Assembly: GCA_026396015.1 (NCBI GenBank)
Contig: JAPLXP010000014.1
Coordinates: forward strand, 15,944 to 79,943
Reading direction: 5' to 3'
From: Candidatus Nomurabacteria bacterium
GTDB lineage: Bacteria; Patescibacteriota; Minisyncoccia; Phycocordibacterales; UBA9973
Length of the DNA stretch: 64,000 nt
A model generated the notes under the pieces. That model was not told the origin of the DNA and did no database searches. It was given only the letters and a program-made list of their open reading frames with translations. Positions 31,397-40,382 of the stretch are shown in pieces. How positions within the stretch are numbered: position 1 is the stretch's first letter; each line of letters begins with the position of its first letter. The translations under genes and the position numbers were made by a program.

Positions 31397-32077
31397 TTAA
31401 ATTACTGAGTGAACAAGCGCTGTAGCTGGGACAACAACACGAGACTGATTGCTCGCACACCAAACATCGATGTAGTCAAACCCGTCCACATAGAGCTTCA
31501 AGCAACCATCGTCATCAAAGCGGACATCAGCAACAAAGAAACTTTCGCCTTCCTTAAAAAGAAAGAATGTGGCATAGCCATTTGTACGAAGTTTATCTTT
31601 ATTTTTTTCACAGAAGTTTTTGATTTGCGCCTGGGTCATACAGAGTGCTTCTAAATCCTTATTGAAAGAACCGAAAATAGTCCTGTAATCGCCATCCTTG
31701 TGCATCTCAAATACTTTCATTTCGGATTTCTCCGTTTTAGGTTGAGTATTAATTAAATTCCAATCTTTTAAATTGGTACTCAAGTACCCTGTAAACAAGT
31801 CTCCTGCATAATGAAGTCCTGACTCTTTTGTACCTCCGCATTCATCAACAAAAATTTCTTCTTCACAATGCAACTCGGTAAGGTGGGATGTTTTTACAGG
31901 TTCAGTGGACTTTAATCCAAAAATCTTCATCCTATCTTTAAGACTCATTTTGTGAAAACCAATAAGACAATTTATGTAATCAGAGTTTTGTTTTCTGTAC
32001 GCTGACCATAAATTTTTGTCTACTTCTTTTTGTAGGCCTTCAATGTTTGAAGGATCTACGATGAATTTTTGTATCAT
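31397..32077 (-). CDS. DGR target protein with C-terminal variable region (about 31427-31541)
   Basis: C-terminus FFVADVRFDDDGCLKLYVDGFDYIDVWCASNQSRVVVP matches the TR, and the upstream promoter TTGACT-N17-TATAAT is present. Confidence 0.88.
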   Translation of the reverse strand: MIQKFIVDPSNIEGLQKEVDKNLWSAYRKQNSDYINCLIGFHKMSLKDRMKIFGLKSTEPVKTSHLTELHCEEEIFVDECGGTKESGLHYAGDLFTGYLSTNLKDWNLINTQPKTEKSEMKVFEMHKDGDYRTIFGSFNKDLEALCMTQAQIKNFCEKNKDKLRTNGYATFFLFKEGESFFVADVRFDDDGCLKLYVDGFDYIDVWCASNQSRVVVPATALVHSVI

Positions 32078-32193
32078 CTTTTTGTTTTTAAATAACTAGA
32101 TCGTTAGTTCACTAGTTCAGGAGTATTATATCACAAAATATGCCTGCAAGTCAAGCTTAAAAAGGCTATATTTTAAAGGGTTTTGTGTGGATA

Positions 32194-32222
32194 TTGCAGG
32201 ATTTAATAGATTATGATACAGT
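32194..32222 (+). promoter_or_regulatory. sigma70 promoter P1 (no downstream ORF)
   Basis: TTGCAG-N17-TACAGT with extended -10 TG. Confidence 0.65.
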
Positions 32223-32228
32223 ATACGT

Positions 32229-32280
32229 ACTAGTGGCTTCGGCCTCCGAGAAAGCTCCCGCAAGGGAGCTTTCGATTTTA
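32229..32280 (+). ncRNA. candidate small RNA 1 convergent with the PemK toxin
   Basis: ggc-TTCG-gcc and gaaagctccc-GCAA-gggagctttc hairpins directly after P1. Confidence 0.6.
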
Positions 32281-32283
32281 TAC

Positions 32284-32312
32284 TTGCAGTCTATATAACA
32301 GTATGGTATTAT
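32284..32312 (+). promoter_or_regulatory. sigma70 promoter P2 (no downstream ORF)
   Basis: TTGCAG-N17-TATTAT with extended -10 TG, the same architecture as P1. Confidence 0.65.
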
Positions 32313-32318
32313 AAAAAT

Positions 32319-32380
32319 ATTGAGAGGTTGCCTCTCTTGCTCGCAAGAGCCGATAGCCCCGCAAGGGGCTATTATAATTT
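32319..32380 (+). ncRNA. candidate small RNA 2 convergent with the PemK toxin
   Basis: gagagg-ttg-cctctc, gctc-GCAA-gagc and atagcccc-GCAA-ggggctat hairpins after P2. Confidence 0.6.
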
Positions 32381-32764
32381 ATAAAGCTTACTAAAGTATT
32401 CTTGTATTTTAGAATATTCTTCGTCTGAAAGAATATATTTCCTCTCTGTAAGTCTCCTCTTGTCAAAACTACGTATCTGATACACTAGTGCTGTATGCAA
32501 AATACCGTCATCTGTTTTTATAATACAAGAATATTTTCTATTTTTAACTTTTGAGGTAAGTGGTATACCAATAAAACTTTCACTACCTTCGGCATTTATC
32601 ACAAGAACTGGTCTTGTATAATCATCCCCTTTACCATACACCTCACTACCCACATTCATCCCAATACTACACCACCAAATTTCTTTTTCTTGTGGATGAT
32701 TAAATGTTTCATTTTGATCAATCTTTATTTTCTTTTTATTCCACTTATCAAAATCTTTATCCAT
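32372..32764 (-). CDS. PemK/MazF-family endoribonuclease toxin (no adjacent protein antitoxin)
   Basis: EIWWCSIGMNVGSE..GK...RPVLVI...GIPLTSK...QIRSFDKRRL. Confidence 0.88.
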   Translation of the reverse strand: MDKDFDKWNKKKIKIDQNETFNHPQEKEIWWCSIGMNVGSEVYGKGDDYTRPVLVINAEGSESFIGIPLTSKVKNRKYSCIIKTDDGILHTALVYQIRSFDKRRLTERKYILSDEEYSKIQEYFSKLYKL

Positions 32765-32796
32765 ATTTAAATTATATCACTACTAACCCCTGAGTT

Positions 32797-35778
32797 CTAT
32801 GCTGATTTATATATTCTAGCCCTCGCGCAGTTTGGACATACGGAATCCCTGCCGTAGGATTTGAAATTACATGGACGGTTTATCCACACACCAGTTTTTA
32901 AATCTCTATCATACTCAGTAATATCACGGACCAATAGATCAATCTCCTCATTTGTGATACTCGTCTTGTAAATACCATTCTTGTCTCCCTTTTTGGCCTC
33001 TAGGAATTCCAATTGAGATTCTGATACTCGATCATTGTTATTCGCACCGTGAATAAGGTACGAGTACATTGCGAGTTGTCGCATATAGCTACTCATACTC
33101 TCGTTTTCGCCCCGTTTTTCAATTTCTGATTTTGTTTTTACGCTACCTGTCTTGAAATCCGTCACTCGAAAAGTATTTTTTTCTATCTCCTCTGTCAGGT
33201 CCACCTTTCCATAGAAAAGTAAGCTTGGAAAGCGAGAATCTCGATACGATAGCGGTCGCTCTGTCATATAATTCTTTATATTGGGCAGTCTTTCCTTTAC
33301 CCAGACAGATACTATTCCGACAGCTTCTTTTTGTAATCTTTTAACCATTGATTCTTCATAAATATTTTGCTTGTGTATCTGATCGAGGATTATATCTTCA
33401 AGCAAATCTCCGTTCTTCTTCAATACTTGCTCGATCGTACCGTGAACCACATTACCAAAGACTAGACTCTCAGAAACTACGTCCGGCAAGCGCAATAGAT
33501 TCCTAAAATACCACTTCCATGGGCATTCAAAAAAGTTGTTCAGCATCGTCACCGATACCTTTGTCTTTTGGTATTCCTCAGCGACCATATCGGTCAGATC
33601 TTTCGTTGAAAAATCTACCTCTGCATGAGGTACAGCAGTGACATATGATTTTGGGTCCCTGCTCAGAATTTGTTCTTCTACTTGATTGAAATTTTTCTTT
33701 ATAAATAGGTCTTCTGGCAGTTCCGCGATGATATGTGACAATTCCTGATCGCCACCTGTATATGAGTATCTAGAATATGAAAAAGTACAGAATCGCTTTG
33801 CTCGAGTCAGTGCTACATAGAGCTGCTTTTTCACCACTTCAGCATCTTTTTCTTCTATTTTATTTTGTACATCTTCTGGGAGTGTGAATGCCTGCTTTTT
33901 GCCATGCATCAATGTCTTTTCATCCATATGAGCCACCCAGACGAAATCAAATTCCAATCCTTTTGAGGAGTGAAGTGTCAGAACCTTTACACCTTTGTCG
34001 CCATAGAATACGTCTAGTGGTAGATCCTCGCCATAAGATTTGAGTCGGTCGATAAAGTCGATAAATCTTTTCAGTGTGAATTTCTGATGCTCCCGCTCGC
34101 TCTTTTCCCTCTCCCCTTGCGCTAGGTGCAGTACTGTACGCACCACCTCCACGCGACGAATCAGATCATCGTGATTCTCTGCTGTATCTAGTAGTAGACT
34201 CTCGCCCACATATTGGACTAATTCGTACACATCACGAGTATTGGATTCCTCAATATAGGATTTCAATTTATCACCCCAGGAATTCACTGGATCAATACCT
34301 GTAAATAAATCTTTTTTGCCGCCACCGAGATCCTCTACGGATAGCTTGTAAGTATTCACACTCTGCAAAAACTTATGTGCCGAGAGTGGTGGTATCTTAT
34401 TTATCGGATCAAACAAAGATTCAGAGATAGAGATATTGTCATATGGATTTAATACTATTCGAAGTGCCCGAATCAGAGTATCTGCCTCGGGTACACCAAA
34501 GAGTGTCAGTATGCCTGATGAAGCCACAGGTATACCGCGATCTCGGAGTATCTGCACAGCGTTTTTGACTTGATAATTTTTTGGCACAAGAATCGTGCAT
34601 TCATCAGGACTCACACCATCTGCCACCTTCGCCTCTATCTCCATAGCAGCAGCAATGATCTCGTCACGAGGATATTCGCATTCATAGAGCTGTAGTTTAT
34701 GCATCTCTCCATGATTACTCTTGAGTTTTTCCAGTGTCATCGAACTTCGCAGTAGTGTGTCTGCACTATCGAGAATCGCCTGTGTAGAACGATAATTCTC
34801 CACCAATGTGATCAACTTTGCTTTACCAAAAAGCGTCTTAAAACTCTCAAAATATTCGATAGACGCACCCCCAAAACCATAGATGAGCTGTCGGTCATCA
34901 CCCACAACGAATATATTTGGCAATTCTGTATCGTGCCAGATAGCACGAAGTATCGCATTCTGCGTAGCACTACTATCCTGATGCTCGTCTACGAGTGCAT
35001 ACAGATATCGCTCGCGAATAGTCGCCTGTGCATCATCGGAATTTACCAGAATATGCCATGCGTATTTGAGCACATCATCATAATCACAGAGACCTCGCTC
35101 CTCTTTTAATTTCTCGTATTCACGATAGAAAATTACGACTTCTTTTGTCCTCTCGAGTCCATCGATTTTCTTTTCTACTTCTTTTTTAAGTTGTCCTTTG
35201 CTCTCGCCACGACTAGAAATACTATCCGGGTCATTCTTGATCCGATCAATCTCGAAATTTATAGATGCCAAAAACTCTTCAGGCTTTATATTTTCTCTTT
35301 TCAATAATGAAATCAGACTTTTGATATCTCGGAAAAACATGCCTGAATTACCTCGTGGACGAATGTAGACCCAGCTACCATTCTCTAGAATCTCATCCAC
35401 GAGGGCGATATTGCTCGTCTCATCTAGTATCACCGGTGGCTTTTGCATGTCGAGAACCTGGTGGAATTCCTCGAGTATATTCATAGCAAAACTATGAAAA
35501 GTAGAAATCTTGATCTGTGTAGCTGGAGGGCCAATATATTTCAATAAACGCTTACGCATCTCTTGCACCCCAGAATTAGTAAAAGTTAGACATAAAATTT
35601 CGTTTGGTTGTGTTTGGTTTGAACTATTTAAAATATAAGCAATACGCAGTGACAATACCTGAGTTTTTCCAGTACCGGGACCCGCCACTACCATCACTGG
35701 ACCGTCGATAGTATCTACGGCCAATTTTTGCTCTTTATTTAGCTTTTTATATGCAGAATTATATAAGTCTTGATTCAT
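32797..35778 (-). CDS. UvrD/AdnAB-like helicase with C-terminal PD-(D/E)xK nuclease
   Basis: AGPGTGKT, VDEHQD, NYRS, TLHSSKGLEF, YVALTRAK. Nuclease motifs GKVD...DFKTG...QLAMY with four Cys (ECP...PC...CPNC). Confidence 0.93.
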   Translation of the reverse strand: MNQDLYNSAYKKLNKEQKLAVDTIDGPVMVVAGPGTGKTQVLSLRIAYILNSSNQTQPNEILCLTFTNSGVQEMRKRLLKYIGPPATQIKISTFHSFAMNILEEFHQVLDMQKPPVILDETSNIALVDEILENGSWVYIRPRGNSGMFFRDIKSLISLLKRENIKPEEFLASINFEIDRIKNDPDSISSRGESKGQLKKEVEKKIDGLERTKEVVIFYREYEKLKEERGLCDYDDVLKYAWHILVNSDDAQATIRERYLYALVDEHQDSSATQNAILRAIWHDTELPNIFVVGDDRQLIYGFGGASIEYFESFKTLFGKAKLITLVENYRSTQAILDSADTLLRSSMTLEKLKSNHGEMHKLQLYECEYPRDEIIAAAMEIEAKVADGVSPDECTILVPKNYQVKNAVQILRDRGIPVASSGILTLFGVPEADTLIRALRIVLNPYDNISISESLFDPINKIPPLSAHKFLQSVNTYKLSVEDLGGGKKDLFTGIDPVNSWGDKLKSYIEESNTRDVYELVQYVGESLLLDTAENHDDLIRRVEVVRTVLHLAQGEREKSEREHQKFTLKRFIDFIDRLKSYGEDLPLDVFYGDKGVKVLTLHSSKGLEFDFVWVAHMDEKTLMHGKKQAFTLPEDVQNKIEEKDAEVVKKQLYVALTRAKRFCTFSYSRYSYTGGDQELSHIIAELPEDLFIKKNFNQVEEQILSRDPKSYVTAVPHAEVDFSTKDLTDMVAEEYQKTKVSVTMLNNFFECPWKWYFRNLLRLPDVVSESLVFGNVVHGTIEQVLKKNGDLLEDIILDQIHKQNIYEESMVKRLQKEAVGIVSVWVKERLPNIKNYMTERPLSYRDSRFPSLLFYGKVDLTEEIEKNTFRVTDFKTGSVKTKSEIEKRGENESMSSYMRQLAMYSYLIHGANNNDRVSESQLEFLEAKKGDKNGIYKTSITNEEIDLLVRDITEYDRDLKTGVWINRPCNFKSYGRDSVCPNCARARIYKSA

Positions 35779-35860
35779 AAACCCATTATACCCCGAGGGT
35801 CAGGAAAATAAAAAAACCACTATAAAATTATATTTTATAGTGGTTAAATACTTTCTTTCT

Positions 35861-36211
35861 CTAATCTTTAACAATTTCTTTAACCTTATCAATTAAATGA
35901 TTGTGTGATTCAAAATTGAAAATTCCAGGACCATCTGGTTTGATGGGTGAAAGTGTCGAAGCTAAAAAAGCTTTGGATTCAGAATTCAATTGCTCAACAA
36001 CAACATGAGGAGCGGACCCTGGGTAGCTAAAATTTGCATAATGCAAATAGAAGTAATCTTCATGAATATGATTTTCAAGATCATCATACTCAATAAATAC
36101 CAATACCATGGATGGCAAGTGTTTTTCAAACGTTTTATTTAAAAGCAAAACATCAACACTACCTCCTTCTAAGCTCTCTAGGAGCACAACTAACTTTTTC
36201 TTCTTATTCAT
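35861..36211 (-). CDS. hypothetical protein
   Basis: 116-aa ORF with an upstream TTGACA-N17-TATAAT promoter. Confidence 0.6.
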   Translation of the reverse strand: MNKKKKLVVLLESLEGGSVDVLLLNKTFEKHLPSMVLVFIEYDDLENHIHEDYFYLHYANFSYPGSAPHVVVEQLNSESKAFLASTLSPIKPDGPGIFNFESHNHLIDKVKEIVKD

Positions 36212-36302
36212 AATAAAATCATATATTTGTGTATATTATAGCATAAATCATACGCATTTGTCAAATCACAAAAAGTGTTGCTCTGTATGATATAATCCTC
36301 CA

Positions 36303-38042
36303 ATGTCTATACTTTTTACATATTTAAAGCATTATTGGAAGCTACTATTATTAGCTCTAGTTCTCGCTACTATCAATCAAGTCTTCTCACTTCTTGACCC
36401 CCTCATATTCCGTCATGTGATCGATGGGTATGCCACAAAATTTGATCAATATACATTCGCAGAATTCGCGCGTGGAGTAGGATACCTATTGCTATTGGCA
36501 GTTGGTGCAGCATTTGTATCTCGTGTAGCCAAGAATTTCCAGGATTACTATGTGAATACCATCACTCAGCGTATCGGCGCAAAAATGTATGCTGATGGGA
36601 TATCGCATTCACTATCTCTTCCTTATCAGCAATTCGAGGACGAACGCAGTGGCGAGACACTAGGTAAAATACAGAAGGTTCGTACAGATATTGAAAAATT
36701 GATAGCATCCATGATAAATGTGATCTTCGTATCACTCGTAGGATTCGTCTTTGTCATTATCTACGCATTAAAAGTCTACTGGGTGATCGCACCACTGTAT
36801 ATACTCGCGATACCATTGATCGGTGGAGTCAGCTATGTATTGAGCAAGAAGATTAAAAAAGTTCAGAAAACTATCGTAGCAGAGACTGCCGCACTAGCAG
36901 GCACTACGACAGAATCCCTCCGCAATATTGAGCTCGTAAAGAGTCTAGGCCTAGCCGAGCAAGAAATAGGAAGACTGAACAATACGACAGGTAAAATACT
37001 AGAACTGGAGCTTAAAAAAGTGAAATACCTACGAAGTCTGTCATTTGTCCAAGGTACGATTATAAACTTTGTCCGTACTGCTATCCTATTTATAATGCTG
37101 TATTTGATTTTTGCTCAGAAGATTACATTTGGAGAATTCTTTTCACTATGGATCTACTCATTCTTCCTCTTTGGGCCCCTACAGGAACTTGGAAATATTA
37201 TTGGTACATATCGTGAGAGTGAAGCATCGTTGGAAAACTTTAAAAAGATCCTCGATAGTAAACCAGAAGAGACACCAGAGAATCCAAAACATATCGGAGA
37301 TATAAAATCACTATCATTCAAAGAAATAAAATTCAAACACAAGATGGCAAGTGTCGAAGCTCTGAAGAATGTTTCTTTTGAAGTAAAGCAGGGTGAGACA
37401 ATAGCATTCGTAGGACCATCTGGAGCAGGCAAGACTACACTCGTAAAGCTCCTCGTAGGCCTCTACAAGCCCGCAGGCGGAGAGATTTCTTACAACGAGA
37501 TACAGAGTGCAGATGTAGATCTAAATGAGCTACGTAGTCAAATAGGATTCGTCACTCAGGATACCCAATTATTCGCTGGAACGATAAGAGAAAACTTATT
37601 ATTCGTGAATCCGGGTGCTACAGACGAGATGTGTCTAGACGCATTAAAGAAATCTGCTTGTGATGGACTACTCGCTCGTGCAGAAAAAGGTCTTGATACA
37701 GTTATCGGTGAAAACGGTGTAAAAGTCTCTGGTGGTGAGAAGCAACGTCTATCTATCGCCCGCGCACTATTACGTAAACCAAAGTTATTGATATTCGACG
37801 AGGCGACAAGCTCGCTCGACTCTCTGACAGAGGAAGAAATATCAAAGACAATCCAATCTGTCAGTGAATCAAAAAATCACATCACCGTATTGATCGCGCA
37901 CCGCCTATCGACAATCATGCATGCAGACCGCATCTATGTATTGGAAAAAGGAAGTGTCACAGAGAGTGGTAGTCATACAGAGCTACTCTCACAGAGCGGA
38001 CTATATGCAGCTATGTGGAGACAACAAATCGGAGAGAATTAG
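36303..38042 (+). CDS. ABC exporter, fused permease/ATPase
   Basis: Six TM helices, GPSGAGKT, VSGGEKQR, IFDEATS. Confidence 0.95.
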   Translation: MSILFTYLKHYWKLLLLALVLATINQVFSLLDPLIFRHVIDGYATKFDQYTFAEFARGVGYLLLLAVGAAFVSRVAKNFQDYYVNTITQRIGAKMYADGISHSLSLPYQQFEDERSGETLGKIQKVRTDIEKLIASMINVIFVSLVGFVFVIIYALKVYWVIAPLYILAIPLIGGVSYVLSKKIKKVQKTIVAETAALAGTTTESLRNIELVKSLGLAEQEIGRLNNTTGKILELELKKVKYLRSLSFVQGTIINFVRTAILFIMLYLIFAQKITFGEFFSLWIYSFFLFGPLQELGNIIGTYRESEASLENFKKILDSKPEETPENPKHIGDIKSLSFKEIKFKHKMASVEALKNVSFEVKQGETIAFVGPSGAGKTTLVKLLVGLYKPAGGEISYNEIQSADVDLNELRSQIGFVTQDTQLFAGTIRENLLFVNPGATDEMCLDALKKSACDGLLARAEKGLDTVIGENGVKVSGGEKQRLSIARALLRKPKLLIFDEATSSLDSLTEEEISKTIQSVSESKNHITVLIAHRLSTIMHADRIYVLEKGSVTESGSHTELLSQSGLYAAMWRQQIGEN

Positions 38043-38046
38043 AAAT

Positions 38047-38079
38047 AAAAAGCCCCGCGGCATATGCCGCGGGGCTTTT
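38047..38079. terminator. bidirectional terminator
   Basis: aaaagccccgcggca-ta-tgccgcggggctttt. Confidence 0.8.
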
Positions 38080-38083
38080 GTAT

Positions 38084-38875
38084 TTATAAATATTTTATTT
38101 CAAAATCATCCCCATACCAATCTTGTCCATATTTTTGAAAAATAGGATTTTCTCCTGTGATATAGAATATGAGCGATCCGTCTAAAGCCAATTTATTATT
38201 AAAATTTTGATTTTCTTTTATGTATTTTTCAAGGAATGGTGGAGTTATCTCTTCTTGAAGAATCCAATTTGAGACATTTGGAAAAATATTTTTAAATTCT
38301 GACACAGCGATACCATAGTGCGTACATCCGAGCACTACAGAATCCACACCAGCAGGTATGACTTCTCTATTCTGATCTAGATATGCAGACACATCCCCTC
38401 CTTTTTCTATGATAGAGGCGAGCTCTGGCAATACGAATTCATGAGTTTCAATATTCTTTTCTTCGAGAGATTCTTTATAAAAATGTGAATCCACAGTCCG
38501 GTGTGTAGCAAAAACCATCACACCGTTTGAATCTGAGATTGATTCTACTGTAGGATGTGCGATGCCGAATAGTAATCTGTCTGGATAATTTTCTCTTACC
38601 CATTCTTTCAACTCTGGATATATGGCTGTACTAGTAGTATTGCAAGCGAGCAATACTACTACACAATTCTGCTCGCCATACAGGAATGCCAAAGCGGTAG
38701 TAGTAAAAACAAACAAATCATTTTTTGATTTATTCCCGTATGGCACATTCTTTTGATCACCATAGAATACGTAATTGTATTCAGGGAGTAATTCTCTGAT
38801 GTGCTTCAATATCCATAGTCCACCTAGGCCTGAATCAAATACTCCAATATTTCCTTTTGTATTTTCATTATTCAT
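38084..38875 (-). CDS. murI: glutamate racemase
   Basis: GVFDSGLGG, PYG, LACNT, VLGCTHY. Confidence 0.95.
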   Translation of the reverse strand: MNNENTKGNIGVFDSGLGGLWILKHIRELLPEYNYVFYGDQKNVPYGNKSKNDLFVFTTTALAFLYGEQNCVVVLLACNTTSTAIYPELKEWVRENYPDRLLFGIAHPTVESISDSNGVMVFATHRTVDSHFYKESLEEKNIETHEFVLPELASIIEKGGDVSAYLDQNREVIPAGVDSVVLGCTHYGIAVSEFKNIFPNVSNWILQEEITPPFLEKYIKENQNFNNKLALDGSLIFYITGENPIFQKYGQDWYGDDFEIKYL

Positions 38876-39579
38876 TAAATTACAATCAATTCTTTTGGTG
38901 ACTTTGTAAGGATAGTGCTACCCTTTTTGGTAACCAGGATAGTATCCTCTATACGAATACCCAATTTATTTTTTATATATACACCTGGCTCGACTGTGAT
39001 GACCATATTATCGTCGAGAATTGGTTTTGTGATTTTAAAATAAATTCGTGGATTTTCATGAATGAGTTTCCCTACTCCATGACCTGTCATATGGATAAAA
39101 TATTTAGCATATCTACCGAGTGCCTTTCTGCATACTTCGTCTACTGTGAACGCATACACACCACTTTTAACCTCACCAATTCCCGCTAACTCACTCTGTA
39201 AAACTAGATCATAAATTTTCTTTTGTTCAATAGTTGGAACGCCGACAAATATCGTGCGAGTCATATCTGAGCAATAGCCATTTACCTTTACCCCAAGATC
39301 AATAATCACAAAACCAGATAATTTTTTATCGGTCGGCTGTGGGTGAATATCATTGCCTGCATTACGGCCTGATGTGACGATAGGTGGAAAGCTCGGTCTT
39401 AAACCTCTTTTCTTTATCTCAAATAAAATAAAATCTCGCAATTCCACTTCGGTAATTTTATGAGTCTTGCCTAGGTCGGACCTAGGCAAGAATTTTAAGA
39501 TATTTTTGAAAATAGCATCAGTCTCGCGGCAAGCCTTCTTGATATTTTCAATCTCTTCTTTTGTCTTTATTTGTGCCAT
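38875..39579 (-). CDS. M24 family (Xaa-Pro) aminopeptidase, catalytic domain only
   Basis: IDLG...GYCSDMTRT, HMTGHGVG..IHE.P, TVEPGVY, GIRIED. Confidence 0.92.
   Translation of the reverse strand: MAQIKTKEEIENIKKACRETDAIFKNILKFLPRSDLGKTHKITEVELRDFILFEIKKRGLRPSFPPIVTSGRNAGNDIHPQPTDKKLSGFVIIDLGVKVNGYCSDMTRTIFVGVPTIEQKKIYDLVLQSELAGIGEVKSGVYAFTVDEVCRKALGRYAKYFIHMTGHGVGKLIHENPRIYFKITKPILDDNMVITVEPGVYIKNKLGIRIEDTILVTKKGSTILTKSPKELIVI
39465..39491. repeat. REP-A copy in frame inside the M24 peptidase gene
   Basis: tcttgcctaggtc-g-gacctaggcaaga, encodes LPRSDLGK. Confidence 0.93.
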
Positions 39580-39595
39580 GTTATTTAAATGCGCA

Positions 39596-39684
39596 ATAAA
39601 TTATTTTCTTTTTGAATGGTCTGGCTGAGCATATTTTTGTATCTGCGAAGAGATCCGAGGACCTGAAAAAAGAATATAATTTAT
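39596..39684. repeat. intergenic copy of the pheT-type structured element
   Basis: Core gtctggctgagc-N12-ctgcgaagagatccgaggac within AT-rich inverted arms. Confidence 0.8.
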
Positions 39685-39694
39685 GAAGCTGTGT

Positions 39695-40378
39695 TTATTT
39701 TTGTAAGTATGCGAGCCAGTAGTCTCTCTTGTATATCCGTCCATCAACTGTCGGATATGACGTCTTCTTTTCTAATGACAAAATTTTAAAATACTGACCA
39801 TACATTTTTATGAAATCCTCTCGAGAAAATACACGCTCGTATAAATCTAAATCTCGCATATAGTATGTATCGTATTCACGACCCGGGCTATCCTTCAATA
39901 AATTTTTTACATTTTTATTGCCATCTTTGCAAAGTGCGCGAACAAAGAAATATCCCCCACTTTTTAATACACGTGAGGTTTCTGATAAATATATTGCACG
40001 TCCTTTTTCATCTAGTGCATTTGAGCTGGTTATATCAAGAACGACATCAATAGATTCATCTGGTATATCATAATGCTCACCAATGTCACCCAGCCTATAA
40101 TCCACTTTTACACCAATGCCTATCGCACGTTCTTTTGCGAGAGTGAGGGCAGTTTTAGATATCTCAATACCTATCACACTGTTCCCCTCTTCTGCTAAAT
40201 AGTTCGCATTACGACCAGTCCCACACCCGAGATCTAAAATATTTTTCCCATCCAATTTATATTTCTGATCCTTTTTAAGAAACTTCAAGAATCGTAAAGT
40301 GTCCGCCTGAGGACCATCCGCCTTGGTTACTAGTTTTGAATTCTGATATTCTTTTTCCCATGCACGACCCTGATTCAT
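39695..40378 (-). CDS. class I SAM-dependent methyltransferase
   Basis: ILDLGCGTGRN motif I. Confidence 0.92.
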   Translation of the reverse strand: MNQGRAWEKEYQNSKLVTKADGPQADTLRFLKFLKKDQKYKLDGKNILDLGCGTGRNANYLAEEGNSVIGIEISKTALTLAKERAIGIGVKVDYRLGDIGEHYDIPDESIDVVLDITSSNALDEKGRAIYLSETSRVLKSGGYFFVRALCKDGNKNVKNLLKDSPGREYDTYYMRDLDLYERVFSREDFIKMYGQYFKILSLEKKTSYPTVDGRIYKRDYWLAYLQK

Positions 40379-40382
40379 AAAA

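Noticed and set aside
32278-32466. 62-aa ORF as a possible protein antitoxin
   Set aside because: It overlaps the toxin out of frame, runs through hairpins and promoter, and has no antitoxin features
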